Assembly (NCBI GenBank): GCA_964036045.1 | Contig: OZ038378.1 | Span: 167,462,001 to 167,526,000 of the forward strand | Direction: 5' to 3' | From: Eutreptiella sp. 'Long Island Sound 2002' | Lineage: Eukaryota; Protista; Euglenida | Length of the DNA: 64,000 bases | Shown: one piece after another, positions 26,700 through 39,628 of the stretch | Layout: the number at the start of each line of letters is the position of its first letter | Position numbering within the stretch: position 1 is the stretch's first letter | The notes under the pieces: generated by a model | What the model was told of the DNA's origin: nothing | Database searches by the model: none | Seen by the model: the letters and a program-made list of their open reading frames with translations, nothing else | Program-made: the position numbers and the translations under genes

Positions 26700-27400
26700 T
26701 GATTTTTTCAACACGTGCGAAAACTGGGATTGGTCAAGAAAGGGTTCATGCAGAACGTATCCAAGGCCGCCATGCCGAAGGGTGTAGTCCGAGGGGGCGG
26801 TGATACACACGGACCGATGGCGGATCATAAAATAAATGGCGGGTGCATTGTCCATGCAGCAAGTGAATTTCCATCCATGGTACAATATGGCGGCGGGGCA
26901 AATGAGAGCCTATTTCAGCAAGGTTTGCTACCCAAAGGACGGGTCCCAAAAACCGCACATCACAGGTGCCAACTCATGTGACGGGCCCCAGCCCTCGGTA
27001 AGCTTTGCTAGTTCCCATTCAACAGGGGTTGGCGCGCGGTGCTGCTCCCAATGATGTGTCACATAGTAGGGATACCATGGTCGAGGTGCAAGACGCCACC
27101 AATCCCGGGTGGGTGTATTGTACACGTCGCCGGTGGGTACAGACCGTGGTGGAATTCCGCGACCGGCAAGCCGCGCGCCGGCGTGCCGATTTCAGCAGCG
27201 TGTGTTTGAAACATGATGGCAGTGGTAACCCTGTCCAAACCCAGAGAACCATGCACACTGACCGGCCTTATCTAATGTCCGACCAATGGTGGCACATTTG
27301 CCCAACATTGACATTCTTCCCTTCCATCCTTTACCCCAAACATCCCAATTAGTGTCCCCGAGCTGCAATATTGCCACCATTAGGTCTTTTTTTTTGATGG
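26700..27400 (-). pseudogene. Possible pogo/Tc1-like DDE transposase remnant
   Basis: Frameshifted fragments MDNAPA and PPRTT..ALD resemble the DDE_1 pattern DNAxxH..PPxTT..QPLD; heavily decayed. Confidence 0.2.
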
Positions 27401-28097
27401 GCTTGCCACACACCCCAACCTGGATGTTCTATGATGGTGGCGGTCGCTTGAAGTTTGCCCTGAAGTGGGTCCCGCTGGCAGACAGTCAGGGTGCACATCA
27501 TTTTTTCCCTTTGTTGCCCCTTGACATAAAAGCGTCATGTGCAAGGGACGTACTGGAGGACCAGCCGCCCGCCAACCCTATGTCTCCATCTTCGATTGAA
27601 ATATCCCTAGTTGAATCCTCGGGGCCGTAGGCTCGGCCAGTCCCCCAGTCCCCCAGTGCCCCAGTGCCCCCAAAGTACCCGGAGTACTTGGAGGCCACCC
27701 AGTAGTCCTGTCTTCAGTGACTGCAGGATGTGCGGCTGTGGCATACCCAAATCTAGACTAGTCGGGTATTCTTTGGACTGTTTTGCAATAGATCAGAATC
27801 TTTGCCATTCGCTCTCAAACCCTCGCAAATCCCTCCCACTCGCTCTAACACCTTCCCAAACTGATTCTGACCCACGCATTCCTACCAGCGCAACACGCCC
27901 AGGGCTTTCGGGCAGAACACTTGTAGTGGGCTATGGAGAACCCCATGCATGTGAGTTTCTGTAAAAGGCATTAATTTTGCCCCTGAAAATGCACTGGCCA
28001 CAGTCTGTGATACCACAAATTATTTAGCCCGTGAAACAGCGGTGTCCCGTCAACGAGAAAACCCCCTCCCTGTCCAGAGAACCCGGGAGAGGGTACA

Positions 28098-28468
28098 GTG
28101 GGTCGGGGTTGGGGGGTTAGAGCAAAACTCAGCACCATCAGTGTTGGATGGCGCCGCGGGGCCGCTGCTGCTGCCACTGCCAGAGCGGCCGCTGCTGGGG
28201 CTGCCTCCACTGCAGCCCGCGCCCAATGTTTTGCAGCCTGGCAGCTGGTCATCCTGCCCGGCGCGTACTCTTGGCTGGCGAGCCCCAGCAGCAGATTGCA
28301 GAGCTCGTCAGCACAATATACCACTTCGGGCCCCCAAAATCCTAGCTGGGCAGAGAGGGCTGGAGGGTGCTGGGCAGGGTGCACGGGAGGACGAGCTTGG
28401 AAGCTACTTAGCCCCGACAACGCGTCCCCCTTGGCGGCCGTGCAGGCACAAGGCAAGGGGCGCATACG
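28098..28468 (+). CDS. Candidate upstream exon of the AlkB-like gene
   Basis: GC-rich open frame ending CG|GTAGGC; phase matches acceptor CTGCAG at 30330 (CG+A = Arg, Ala, then Met 30335). No ATG in this frame, so a further exon would be needed. Confidence 0.3.
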
Positions 28469-30334
28469 GTAGGCAGGGCGCCCGAACACTACTCGGCCCA
28501 CCTACCAGCCCCCCAGCCCCTGTACATATGCCAATGTTGTTGTTTAGGGGCACCTAAAATTCGACTTTTTCCGAAAGCCTTCTTGCACCCCTGGGCTTGG
28601 TTGCCCCACTTCAACCCTACTTGCACCTCACAAAAATAGGGCGGTAGGGGCCAAATTCTGAGTGGCACTCACTACACAGGCGTGGAGTCATTCCTAAACC
28701 TAGCCCTTTGAAAGAATGTAGAGGGGATGTGCCCTGTGCCCTGGCTGTTTTGCATGCCACCTAAATTTGGTGGGGATGTGACTCAAGTTTTCTGGGTGCC
28801 ACCTGGCTTTGGCAGGGATGTGATCCATCGTTTGGGGGTGCCCCCTAACTTTGGTGGGGAACAACCCTAAAAGGGTTACTTTCACTATTGAATGTGACCA
28901 ATCTCCCCCATACCACCCCACACCTCCCCCCAACACACATCTTATGTGGGGAAACTTGGTGCAATGTATGCATGCAAAATCCAATGTATTGCATTGCTAC
29001 AGATCATCAGATATCATGCAAAGCAATGGATAGGCACAACTCTTATTGTGGTATTAGGGTTGTGAAAGCGAACTGGTGCCATGCACCTTCACACTGATGT
29101 GCCCCTCCACTAATTGTGATAGATGAACCGCATCCACCCAATGCTTTCAAACAAACACATACTAGGGGTTGCGGTTGCTTGAGAGTTCTGAATCCGATCA
29201 ACGCACTGATTTCATATTTGAATACGGTCTCTTTATGGGGGAGCCGACTCCTCGGTTCTGGACGCCAACTACCCCCCCCCCCCCCAACTAATCCCCCCCC
29301 CCCCTCAATCACCAACCACCAGCCACCAACCTCCGCCAACCGCCACCAACCACCAACTGCCATGACCAGGAAGCAGAGAGCGTTCCCGTGAATGTTCGTT
29401 TCTGTTGGCGTTACGAAGGTCTTTTTTCTTCCCCTTAAGGACAGCCCTGCTTCATATGTGGAGCGACAGGGCTCAGCAGGTCCCTTGAGGGAAGGTGGTT
29501 TCACGCCCTGCTGATTTGCATTCCCTGTGGAAGGCAAACCACGCCCCTTGAGCCACTGCTTACCCTGTGTTTTCCTTGTGCACAGTGTGGTTGGTGTACC
29601 CAGTGGGCACCTTTAGCCTCCACCCACACCTCCTGTGAAGCGCCACCAGCCTCTGCCCAAGGGAGAACAAGGGAGGGGGGGGGGTGGGGCAAGGCGCAGG
29701 AGTCATTTCTCCTGCCACGCCGCCGCAGCAGGTTAGGTAGGGATAGGTCGTGCCCATCCCACACCCGAAACCGGCCCTGTCACTGACCAAAAAAAAGGCC
29801 TGAGCAAACAAGGACAATGATCCAGTAATGGTGGGATTATCCTTCATTCGAAATGCGGACCATCGCACATGCATGTGTGGAGCGCTTTCTCCCCCCCCCC
29901 CCCCCGTTCCAAAAAGGCGCAGCCAGAGCCAAATGCGGACACTGCAACCTGACCATTTGAGGCCCCGTTCCAAAAAAAACAAAAATTTCTGACCCCCATT
30001 CCGCCCCAGTGCTGTGGGTGTTGGTGTCCATATCTACAATGAAACACCGCCCATGCCTCCATGCATGTGTGGAGCGACCCCCCCCCCCCCCAACACAAAC
30101 CAAAATTATTCTGACCGCCATCCATCTCCAGTGCCACAGATGTTGGGGTCCAGATCTACACTGAAACGCAGCCCATGCCTCTGTGCTCCTGAGCCTTATG
30201 CACTGCCATGTATTTCTGCACCATGTACTCCCCGTTTCTGCTCCTCTTGCTCCTATTCTCAACATTGTACCCTCCCCTCTGCTCCTGAGCCGTCTGCTGT
30301 GCTGTCTAGTTCATGTGTGTGGTACTGCAGAGCT

Positions 30335-30991
30335 ATGCCTCAGAATGCAGTGCAGGTGCTTGGCCCCGGTCTAGTATTGCTGCAAGGTGCCCTCTCACCA
30401 GAGCAGCAGCGGTGGCTTGTGGAGTACGCCCTGTGTGCAGGCGCCCGGCCGAAGCGTGGCTGGTACAGTGCTGCAGGGCAGCTCAATGCAACCCCATCCC
30501 GCGGCCGTATCTACGATGCCATTGACAACTTCCCGGAGGCCGACGGCATTCGGGGCCTGTGCTTGGATCTGGTGCAGCAGAGCCGGGCAGCCCAGCCCAA
30601 TATTCCCCAAATGCACGTCACCCACATGCTCCTCCTCCTGTACACCACAGCAGAGGGCATGGGCTGGCACCGAGACAGCGACCCCAACGACGGCGACAAT
30701 GACCACCCAATCGTGAGCATTTCCCTGGGCAATGCCTCCGATTTTGGGTACAAGCCGCTGCTTCGGCCTGAGTGCCAAGTCCGCTTGGACAGCGGAGACG
30801 TTGTGGTGTGGGGCGGGCCGCAGCGCATGCTCGAGCACAGTGTCTTGAGGGTACACGAGGATTCCTGCCCTGGGCACCTGCAGGACCTCCTCAAGGGTGC
30901 CCGCATCAACTTCACCTTCCGAAGTGCCCCAAACATCTTGGGGCAGGAGGCTGCCTATGGGACGGACACTTTCTGGGTGGATCCAACCTGA
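30335..30991 (+). CDS. AlkB-family Fe(II)/2-oxoglutarate dioxygenase (ALKBH1/bacterial AlkB-like)
   Basis: GMGWHRD (HxD), PIVSISLG, SGDVVVWGG, LEHSV (distal His) and RINFTFR (RxxxxxR) all intact; may be the last exon of a longer gene. Confidence 0.88.
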   Translation: MPQNAVQVLGPGLVLLQGALSPEQQRWLVEYALCAGARPKRGWYSAAGQLNATPSRGRIYDAIDNFPEADGIRGLCLDLVQQSRAAQPNIPQMHVTHMLLLLYTTAEGMGWHRDSDPNDGDNDHPIVSISLGNASDFGYKPLLRPECQVRLDSGDVVVWGGPQRMLEHSVLRVHEDSCPGHLQDLLKGARINFTFRSAPNILGQEAAYGTDTFWVDPT

Positions 30992-33254
30992 ACGACTTCT
31001 GGTGCTGACTGATGAGATCAATGAGTCATTTGATTGGAGTGGAATGGCTCATTGATGAGTCGCTGATGGCACCTTCCGGCTCGGGGATCATGCAGTGGGC
31101 CACCCACGGTGATGGCGCTTTGGCACTGAGCCGACGGTGCTTGATTTACGAACGGTGGTTAGCAGTGAGACCCCATCCAACCCAAGCTCCGGATAGAAAG
31201 TCATGTCATGTGGAGGATTTTTGTTTTCGGTGGGCCCCCCTTGAGTCCTACTCAGTCACGGCGCGGGGTCGGAGGCTGCTGAGTCGCGGATGGCATCGCA
31301 CCGAGTCTCATCTCAATTGCTACTAGATCAGGGTTGAAGTGTATGACTTTGTTTTGCAACTGCGAAAAATTTTCCTGCCCCGACGCTCATGTATGGTGGG
31401 CGATCAAGAAACATGCCTCTGCTTTGCTTGCTCAGCATTGGTTGGAGGTGACGTCCGAATTTCAACATGCTCGGTCCACGCGTGTGTAACAGCCGTCAAC
31501 AACCCCATGGTATTTCAGACCACCTGATTCTCTTGCCCATGGCATTTCCATTCATCGGATTTGGTGGTTTTAGTTCAAGCGAAATGTTGTGGAGCTGGAG
31601 CAGAGATGGGCTTGGCCAACAATCACCAGTTATATTGATGCTGCGTTCTACAGGCTGCCTTGTTGGAACAGCTGACCCGGAGTAAGCCACTGTTGTTGAC
31701 TGGACTGGTGCTCTCAGGTGGGGCTACTGTGATATTATAGGGTGAGCCGCCACGCATTTTTTTTTTTTGAACTCAGGGCGGTTGAGAGGTTTGGGTTTGT
31801 AGGGCACAGTGAGGGGCTGTTAGGAGCCAAATGTATGTTTGTTTTTTCCTTGCATTTTTTTAAGGGTCCTTGTTGAAGGACGCTTCCTTCAGAATTTGGC
31901 ATAGTAGAGTCCCGCAGTTGTCTTCAATGTTGATTTGCCAGCCACATTGGCCTGCTTATGAAAGGAATGGCAGCCTGATGAACAACCTCAGACCTGGCGA
32001 CCTTGTCTCTGATTTCAGCTCCCATTCTTACAAAGCATCTTCTTTCCCAATTTCAAGCCTTCATAAGGAGGTGGTGTGGTGAATAAGTGCCGTCGTAGGG
32101 GAGGGTTCTCTAGAGGCCAGATTTCGAGTTGTCTTCCAGAATGATTTCTTGGATTAGATTTCTTGGATCTGCGCAGCATGTCTTGGGAGTTTGCTTTGCA
32201 GAGTCTCAATCATGTCTTGATATCAGATTCAGCCTGTCCTCACCATGTGTCATGCCCGCTACCATTGTGCTTTGTGGGACAATTGCAGATCCAGACAGCT
32301 CTGATCCTTGATGCCAAGACTATCTCAAGTACCATCTGGTAAGCAGGCCTCACCAACTTACCTAGATCTGGACCCCTACCCCCCGAAAAAAAAGTCCCTC
32401 CTGGTGGACACAATGTCCATCATCAAAGTTCTGTGAAGCCAACACCCACAGTGTGTCATGTGGGCGTGCAGGTAGCAGCCAGCTAGCCAGTGAGTTCAGG
32501 TTTGCCAGATCTGGCGGGTAGATTTCGACGCACAGCTTGACTTCTACATACCACAGGGCACAAGGAAGAGGTTAAACGACTTAGATTTGCAGCAGGGGGT
32601 GGGCGGACAAAATTTCTGGCTGCAGGTCCTTTTTCCACCCACCACCAGGGGGGTAGTGTGTTGCAGAGAAAAATTGCCCGTATACAAATTTTCTCGAAGA
32701 AACAATGCCTGTGTCTTGAACTTTGTGCTTGCTGCATGCGGTGTGAATGCGCAGTGTAGAGATGAGATGCAGTGTCAATGGATACTGTCCTTTCTCTAGG
32801 CACTCAAGACTGACGAACATTCGCAGCAAAGTCCCATACAATTCATGGATGTGCCCCCCCCCCCCCCCTGTGCCTAGGAACCGCCTTGCGCAAGAACCGC
32901 CCCCTGGTTCCGCGGTCGAATTCGCGCATAACTTGTTTTACCAGGGTATTGGGTTTTTCATGGTTCTGGTGGATTAGGACAGCTATTCAGGTGTGCAGGA
33001 CAACATTTCATGTTCACGGGTCTACGGGTCCCCCCATAGGGGGGGCCCCTATCAGTCACTCACAGGCGCACATCCCCCTTAAACCCCTGCCCCCACTCTC
33101 GACCCCTTCCCCGAAGCAACAGGACGTTCCCTGAGACCCTCTTTTTTCCCCCCTCTTAAGGAACGTTGGTTGTAGGGTTACCCTGTACCATCTAGGACCC
33201 CGTGAGGGGCTTTTTTCCACTTGCCCGGTGAGGGCCCTTTTTGAACCCGTGTTC

Positions 33255-33420
33255 AGGGACCCCGAGAAGGCAGGGGGTGACGTAGCATTTCCGCCCTCCT
33301 TTGGGCCCCCGAGAAGGTAGGGGTGAGGCAGCCACTTCTGATTTTATTCCCCTTTGTTGGGGACCACTTCTGATTTTGCTCCCCTTTGTTGGGGATCCCC
33401 GAGAATGCAAACTCCCACCC
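33255..33420 (-). repeat. Composite repeat (CCCCAACAAAGGGGA..AAATCAGAAGTGG subunits), inverted partner of 34856-35175
   Basis: Reverse complement aligns with 34856-35000. Confidence 0.75.
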
Positions 33421-33988
33421 CTTGCAATCCCCCCCCCCCCCGGGAGACCGTCACTTGCATGTTTTTCTAGTTAACATGTATTGCGCTGGTGTGTGTTGCC
33501 CATCTGCTTTACGCATGGCCTTGCATTGCTTTCCCATTACTTCAAATCAAGCACATGTGTGTGTTCTGTGATATTCTCTCTCCAAAGGCGTTGTATGGGT
33601 GTGTTGTGCTGCTACTTCAGACCCAAGATATTTTCTCCCGGTGACCATGTACAGTACCACTCACGCACACTTGGTGCACATGTCTTCGAGTAGTGAGGAG
33701 GAAGAGGAGGAAGAGGAGGGTAATGATGTGGAAGTAGTATGGGCAAAGAGTGTGTGTGGAGTTTGGGGCTTGGGCCATGTGTTTGATGGGAAACTGTACT
33801 TCACTCGTGATATATGTGAGGAAAGTGGATCCCTAAGGATTTGGTGCCTCCGAAGAAGTCGGTGGCTGCCCCCAAGGCAAGAGCAAAGGCTGCCCCCCAG
33901 CCAAGAGGAAAGCCAGCCGCCAAACGGACTGGTTTGGTTGTGCAAGCGGGCGCTGCTCCCACCCACCATCAACCGGTTTGCGCTTCAT

Positions 33989-34707
33989 TTACATCAATTG
34001 GGAACACAAAGCATTGACCATCCCACGGACAACGTCCACTTTCAGGCCGTGTGTGTGCTGAGCGTTCTTAGAAGTGACACACACAACTTGAAAAACATCC
34101 GCCAAAAAAGCAGCTGAAACAGAAAAAATCTCATGACGCACAGCTTCCAACAAATCTTCTGCTTTGTGTTTGCGACCTGTGTCTGTCTGTGAAGCAATAT
34201 ATTGTGGCACATGCTTTTGCATAGCCTGCAAATTAGCTAGCACGGCGTCCAATTCCCTGGACATGGCCTCCACCCACCGCCACCTGGTCCTTCTATGAAA
34301 TGTCTACCTCCCCTCATGTCGAGCTAAACCCCGTATACGCTTGGATGACGTTTGGTAGAAGATTGCCAAAAGAAAGACCACCTGATCGATTGCTTTATAC
34401 CAGCCCTTGCAACTATTTTTGGCCGTTGCAATGGAGCGCATCAATAAATGGGCAGCATCCCGAACCCAAAGAATAGGATTACGTCTACGCTTGCGATTCA
34501 ACAAGCCACCAGGGCACCCATTACCGATGCTCCGTCAGAATTCAGAGCTTTGATCTTGGGTTCCACAGTGTCCCACGGTATATCCAGGTTGCCAAACGCT
34601 TCCTTGAGTGCTGTGAAATATGCCTCCGCATTGGCCTTGTCGGCATCATCGCCCTCGTCGGCAGTTTCATTCTCGACAACAGATTTGATGTCCAAAATGG
34701 CTGACAA
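33989..34707 (-). pseudogene. hAT-superfamily (ZNF862-like) transposase fragment
   Basis: NSDGASVMG, DAAHLLMRSIA..FYQTSSKRIRGL, TRW and FLADVFQVVCVTSK..Q motifs in the expected order; one frameshift and in-frame stops. Confidence 0.7.
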
Positions 34708-34855
34708 AAATCTCCGCTTTTGTAGTCCTCACGAAAATAGCAACAGGCTCAACTCCAACCCCAACTCAGGGCCACGCAACAAAGCGTGGATTAAGAGTCC
34801 CTAACCCCAACTCAAGGGGCCACGCAACAAAGCATGGGAGTCAAAAAAAAGGAGA

Positions 34856-35175
34856 GAAAGTGGGAGGCAAAATTGCATTCTCAGGGATCCCCAACAAAGG
34901 GGAGCCAAATCAGAAAAGGTCCCCAACAAAGGGGAACAAAAGCAGAAGTCGCTACCTCACCCCTGCCTTCTCAGGGGCCCAAAAGAGGGCGGAAATGCGA
35001 TGTCACCCCTGCATTCTCGGGGAACAAAATTAGAAGTGGTCCCCAACAAAGGGGAACAAAATCAGAAGTGGCTACCTCACCCATGCCTCCTCGGGGGCCC
35101 AAAAGAGGGGAACAACATCAGAAGTGGCTACCTCACCCTTGCCTTCTCGGGGGCCAAAAGAGGGCGGAAATGCTA
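34856..35175 (+). repeat. Internally tandem composite repeat, inverted partner of 33255-33420
   Basis: Repeated CCCCAACAAAGGGGA and CTACCTCACCC..GCCTTCTC..GGGGCCCAAAAGAGGG subunits. Confidence 0.75.
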
Positions 35176-35549
35176 CCCCCCGCCCATCATCCAACACAAA
35201 TGTTATTGAGGATCCAAAGGAACAGTAAAGAACTTCTGTGTACGAGAATAACACACTTTGAACTTTTGCACATGCTCAGTTTGCATGACAAGCACGGGGT
35301 GTGCTGCACTGGCCGATGAGGAGGAGGCAATGGCGTGCGGGGCTGGTTTGGCAGGTTTGGTCTCTCCCATTCAAGGTGCCCGCGCTCATTTTCATACTTC
35401 CCTAATTTCAGATTTGCAGGAGCGCTTTTGCTAGGGGGGTATGGGTGCAGCAAGAGGGACTGCCAGATTGGATTGAGGCATCATCTTGCTCATGTGAGCG
35501 TGTTTTTTCTTTTGTGACATCCCATGACCACGGGCAAAGCACATAGCGT

Positions 35550-36119
35550 ATGTGCGAGGTCCTGTGGATTCGGTGTAATGGGCCATGTGTTGAGGAGTGG
35601 TGTCCAGGTGAAGTGTTTGCTGAGCTGCGTGGCACGCAATTTAGGCCACAACGTCGTGTCCGACGGTACACTGTAGACGTAGAAGATAACACATTGCTTT
35701 GTTTTGAAGTATCTAAAGATTTTTCAGTCCCCTGTGATGTGGAGGACTTTGAACCCACTGAAGAGATGATGTCATTTTGGGCCAGACCCAGCATTGCACA
35801 TACATAGGACGTTGACATTTCTGAAATTGAAGAGCTGTATGGCACGGAGGAGGATGCAGACTCAGAAGTTGAGGAAGACCTTATTCACCCACAGCATTTT
35901 TTTAAAGCTATGGAACAACCCAAGAAGGATCCCCCCATTCTTTCAGGAGGGTTTCAATATGATGTGGATGCAGCACTTGCCGCATCTATGAAAGATGGCA
36001 CCATGCATGAGTGGGTGTTGTGTGAACTCAGGGCTGTTTGCCGCACATATGGTCTCTTTGCTTGGGGGAACAAGGCAGATGTGTTGGCGTGTGTTGTCAG
36101 CCACATTGCAAGCAAGTAA
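35550..36119 (+). pseudogene. Decayed ORF with PHD-like start, acidic linker and C-terminal SAP-like motif
   Basis: Track ORFs 35550..35807 and 35910..36119 share a frame with one TAG between; WIRCNGPC and LCELRAVCRTYGLFAWGNKADVL resemble PHD and SAP patterns. Confidence 0.4.
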
Positions 36120-36409
36120 GTATATATTATTCACTATTATGCACACCACTTCGGTTGATTACAAAACTGGTGGGTGTGAATAATCTGAAATTGATTTGTG
36201 TTGGACTGCATGTTTGTGCTATGGACTGCAATCCCAGGGTCCAATTGATCCACATGTGTATGCCTGTGTAGGGATGGACTGCAATCCCAGAGTCCAAGGT
36301 AACCGAGGGAGAAGAGTGGCAACACCCAGCCGGGAACAACCGTTTTGGGGTTTTGGGTGTAACACCCCGTTTCATTTTTTTTTTTTGGAGTTAGGGAACG
36401 TCCTGCGAA

Positions 36410-36730
36410 GCAACTAGCCCCTACAAGTAAACAAACAAAAGTCAGTTCAACACAGGGGGCCACTGACAACACCTCTTTGCAAATTTTATTTTTTCGTTTT
36501 CAGCGAACCATCCGTTCTTAGTTAAATAGGTGCTGTCTGATGGCTAGGTGCTTGGGCAGGCAGGTTTCACCTTCTTGCCCTATTGTGGGGGAGGAGAGGA
36601 TGCCCAGGCTACAAGGGGTCCAAGAGAGCAGGGTGGGATGTAAAAATAAATATCTGTAAGTTCCTCTCGTGCCCTCCCGCCTGGGCCACCCCCGCCTTCT
36701 TGCCCCCTGCCCTTGGGTTCCACACATTTC
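36410..36730 (+). repeat. Left copy of a ~320-bp diverged direct repeat
   Basis: CAACTAGCCCC..ACACAGGGGGCCACT..GTTAAATA(G/A)GTGCTGTCTGATGGCT..TGTAAGTTCCTCTCGTGCCCTCCCGC also at 37690-37995. Confidence 0.75.
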
Positions 36731-37689
36731 TGGACTTCAACAGGTCAGGGATGTTGCAGACATTAAATTTTTTTGTGCTGTGTCTGTGTCACTGAAGGTC
36801 ATCTGAACGTCATATTTATGCCCCCTGGTTTTCAGTATTTGGAAGCTCACATTTGCTTTTGTACCACCTCTTCCATTCCTTGTTATGCACCATAGACGTT
36901 CCCATGTACACTGCCGGTGAGTCTGTCTTCTATCGGCGATCTGATGGCTCTCTTGTTCCAGCCACTGTGTTGGGTCTTGGTGCCCAGTCTCAGACAGTGC
37001 AGATTGAGTACAAACACAATGAGCGTCTGGTGAAGCACCGAGCTGCTTCAATTGCCAACCTCTCGCGTCCCATTCCCATGATCCCCGATTCTCCTGACTG
37101 GGACAGTGCACCAAGTCGGTCCCCGTCCCCACCCCCAAGGACACGACCCATGGAGCGCTCTGCTAAACAACTAAACGACGCGCACGGCATTTTGCGCCCC
37201 CAAGTGTGCGACCAGTCCCGATTCAACCTGAGATTACCAATTTCTTTTCTGCTATGCGTGTCCAGAAGCAAACGGAGATCACCAACTTTTTTGGGCCCAA
37301 TGCTTCACTCCTTTGGTGTTCATTTGTCAACGTGGTTAACCGTGGGAAAGGAGAGGGCGCGCATGTCGCATGTGCAGGACGGGGCTGCCCACGGTCATGC
37401 GTGAGAACCAACCCCAGGTTCCATGGTCGTATTTTGGGGGGGAAAGTGTACGCAAGAACTGCCCCGTGGTTCCGCGGTCGAACATTGCCGGTGCTTGGGT
37501 AAGGGGGGGTGTCTGATCAGTTGCGCCAGCTAACCGCAACATGCTGTGCATGATCACTCTGTAGCCGGGGGGGGGGGGGGGGGTTGCTGCAGTTCCCCTG
37601 CCAGGGGGACCCTATCGGTCAAGCACAGGCCAACATACCCCTAAAACCCCTCCTCCCTGTTCTCGACTGCTTGCTTGCACCTCCGTTAA

Positions 37690-37995
37690 ACAACTAGCCC
37701 CAATCAAGGAAACGAATAAAAGTCCGTTACACACAGGGGGCCACTAAAAGCACCATTTGGAAATTTATTTCTGTGCTTTTGACCATCTCAGTGGTTTGTT
37801 AAATAAGTGCTGTCTGATGGCTGGGTGCCTAGGCAGGCAGGTTTCGCGTCTTGCCCGAAAAGGGAGGAGGAGAGGACACCCAGGCACTGAAGGGTCCAAG
37901 AGAGCATGGTGAGATGTAAAAATAGAAACCTGTAAGTTCCTCTCGTGCCCTCCCGCTTGGGCCAGCCCCCCTGCGTTTTCCCACCCCGGTTTCAA
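37690..37995 (+). repeat. Right copy of the ~320-bp direct repeat
   Basis: Aligns with 36410-36730. Confidence 0.75.
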
Positions 37996-38369
37996 CATTT
38001 TTACAAGGGAAAAGGGACAAGGAGAAATTACATGAGATTAGAAGTTACATGAGTTGTAAAGTCCTACCTAGGGGTAAAAATATGTTCTAGGTGCCTACCT
38101 TGGGGTAAGTACATTGCGCAAGGCGGCCGACGTTTTTGGCTTGATTTGTGGCCAACAGCACCCCGTGAAGAAGATGCGTAACCATCACGGGGGGGGACGT
38201 CTCCTCAGTTCCGGTACGCGACTCCCCCCCCCCCCCCCTCCCTGCCCTCTGGGCCCACTTAGTTGCCAAGGGTCAACAGCTACTAGCCATACATATGGTG
38301 GCGCCAAAGGCGCCCGAAAATTTTTTTTCATTCCCCTTGCCCATTTTGTCCACTTTGCACCCCAACACT

Positions 38370-38480
38370 ATCCTTGAACCCAACCTTGACTCTAATGCCC
38401 ACCCCAACCCTCAGCCTACTCCTAACCCTACCCACAAACCTTACCCTTGACCCTAACCCTAACCCTAGCCCTAACCCTAA
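38370..38480 (+). repeat. Interstitial telomere-like (CCCTAA/CCCTAG)n tract, degenerate distally
   Basis: ..GACCCTAACCCTAACCCTAGCCCTAACCCTAA directly abutting the 1.15-kb element. Confidence 0.8.
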
Positions 38481-39628
38481 TCAAGACTGAATATTGGGAC
38501 CGAGCTAGTGGGGGAGGGAACATTAGTTATGACTGGTGAGGGACATCAAGAATGATTCACGCATTGATGGCTCTTGACAAAGTGAAATCAGCTTGCAAGT
38601 GAACCCCATCACCACGAGGCCCACTTTCAAGGCTTTTTGGACTTTTGAGGGGCCAAAATGCCCCAACATGGGCTCAAAATGGGCTCATTTCACCCGTTTG
38701 TGCACCCCAAATGATCTAGGATGAGGTTTGGAAAAATGCGTTTTTGACCCATTTTTTTTGACTCATTTTTGGTCCCAAAACAACCCATTTTCAAGGCATC
38801 TTGGGATTTTCGGAGGACCAAAATGGGCCACCACAAGCTCAAAACGGTCCAAAAACACTTGTTTTAGCGTCGCACATGGTCTAGGATCATTTTTGAGAAA
38901 AGTCATCTTTTTGCCCCTACTGGACCCCGTTGACCCATTTGGGCACCCACCTGTTTCGGTTTGAGCTTGCAGCTTGCCGCAGCCTAGTGGGCATAGGTAT
39001 TGGGGTCTAGGCGTCTGTTTGGGCAATTCTGAGGGGTGGAAACCCCAAAAAGTGGGGGGTTGCGGGTGGTGTAGGTGCCCTCGGAATCGCATTTTGAGCC
39101 ATGTAGCCAAAGATATGGCCTATTCTTGGTTTGTGGCTGTCGGCATTTGGAGCTTCTGGGGACCTTTTTGGGCCATTTCCGGGACATATCATGGAGTTAG
39201 AGGGCCGCAAAGAGCTCGTTGACACGGGGAAGTCAAGCCGCACTCGGAGTGTACCCACCGTTTCCCTTCGTTTGGCCGTTTTGAATGTGTTCTAGGGCTT
39301 TTTTTGCCGAAAAATGGCTGTTTTTGGCCATAAACTGCAGTTTTTGAAACTGAGGTCCGCCACTTGCGAATCCCGTTCCCGGCCGCCACCGTTGAGTTTC
39401 TTGCTCAAACTTTGTGTGATTGTACTTCACACCCATAGGTATCATGCACCAAAATTTCACCCGAATCCAAAGCACCTCGACAGAGGTCTGATTTTTGCCC
39501 ATTTTGCGCGTGCTGCTGCTTGCTTGCTGCTTGCTTGCTGCTTGCTGCTGCTGCTGCTAAACCTGGTAGGTCCACCCTAGACACTAAAAAGGGTTATAAA
39601 ACCAAGACTGGTTCCACCAGCTCGGTGA
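38481..39628. mobile_element. Solo full-length ~1.15-kb non-coding element (unit E) flanked on both sides by telomere-like repeats
   Basis: Begins TCAAGACTGAATATTGGGACCGAGCTGGTGG, ends CCACCAGCTCGGTGA, followed by CCCTAACCCTAGCCCTAG; highly similar to the units at 52676-56326. Confidence 0.75.

Noticed and set aside
25897-26885. CRISPR-like array or repetitive proteins
   Set aside because: Units are contiguous and degenerate with no unique spacers or cas genes, and the context is eukaryotic; the ORFs are repeat artefacts.
38370-38480. True chromosome end
   Set aside because: The tract is short, degenerate and internal, with unique sequence on both sides.
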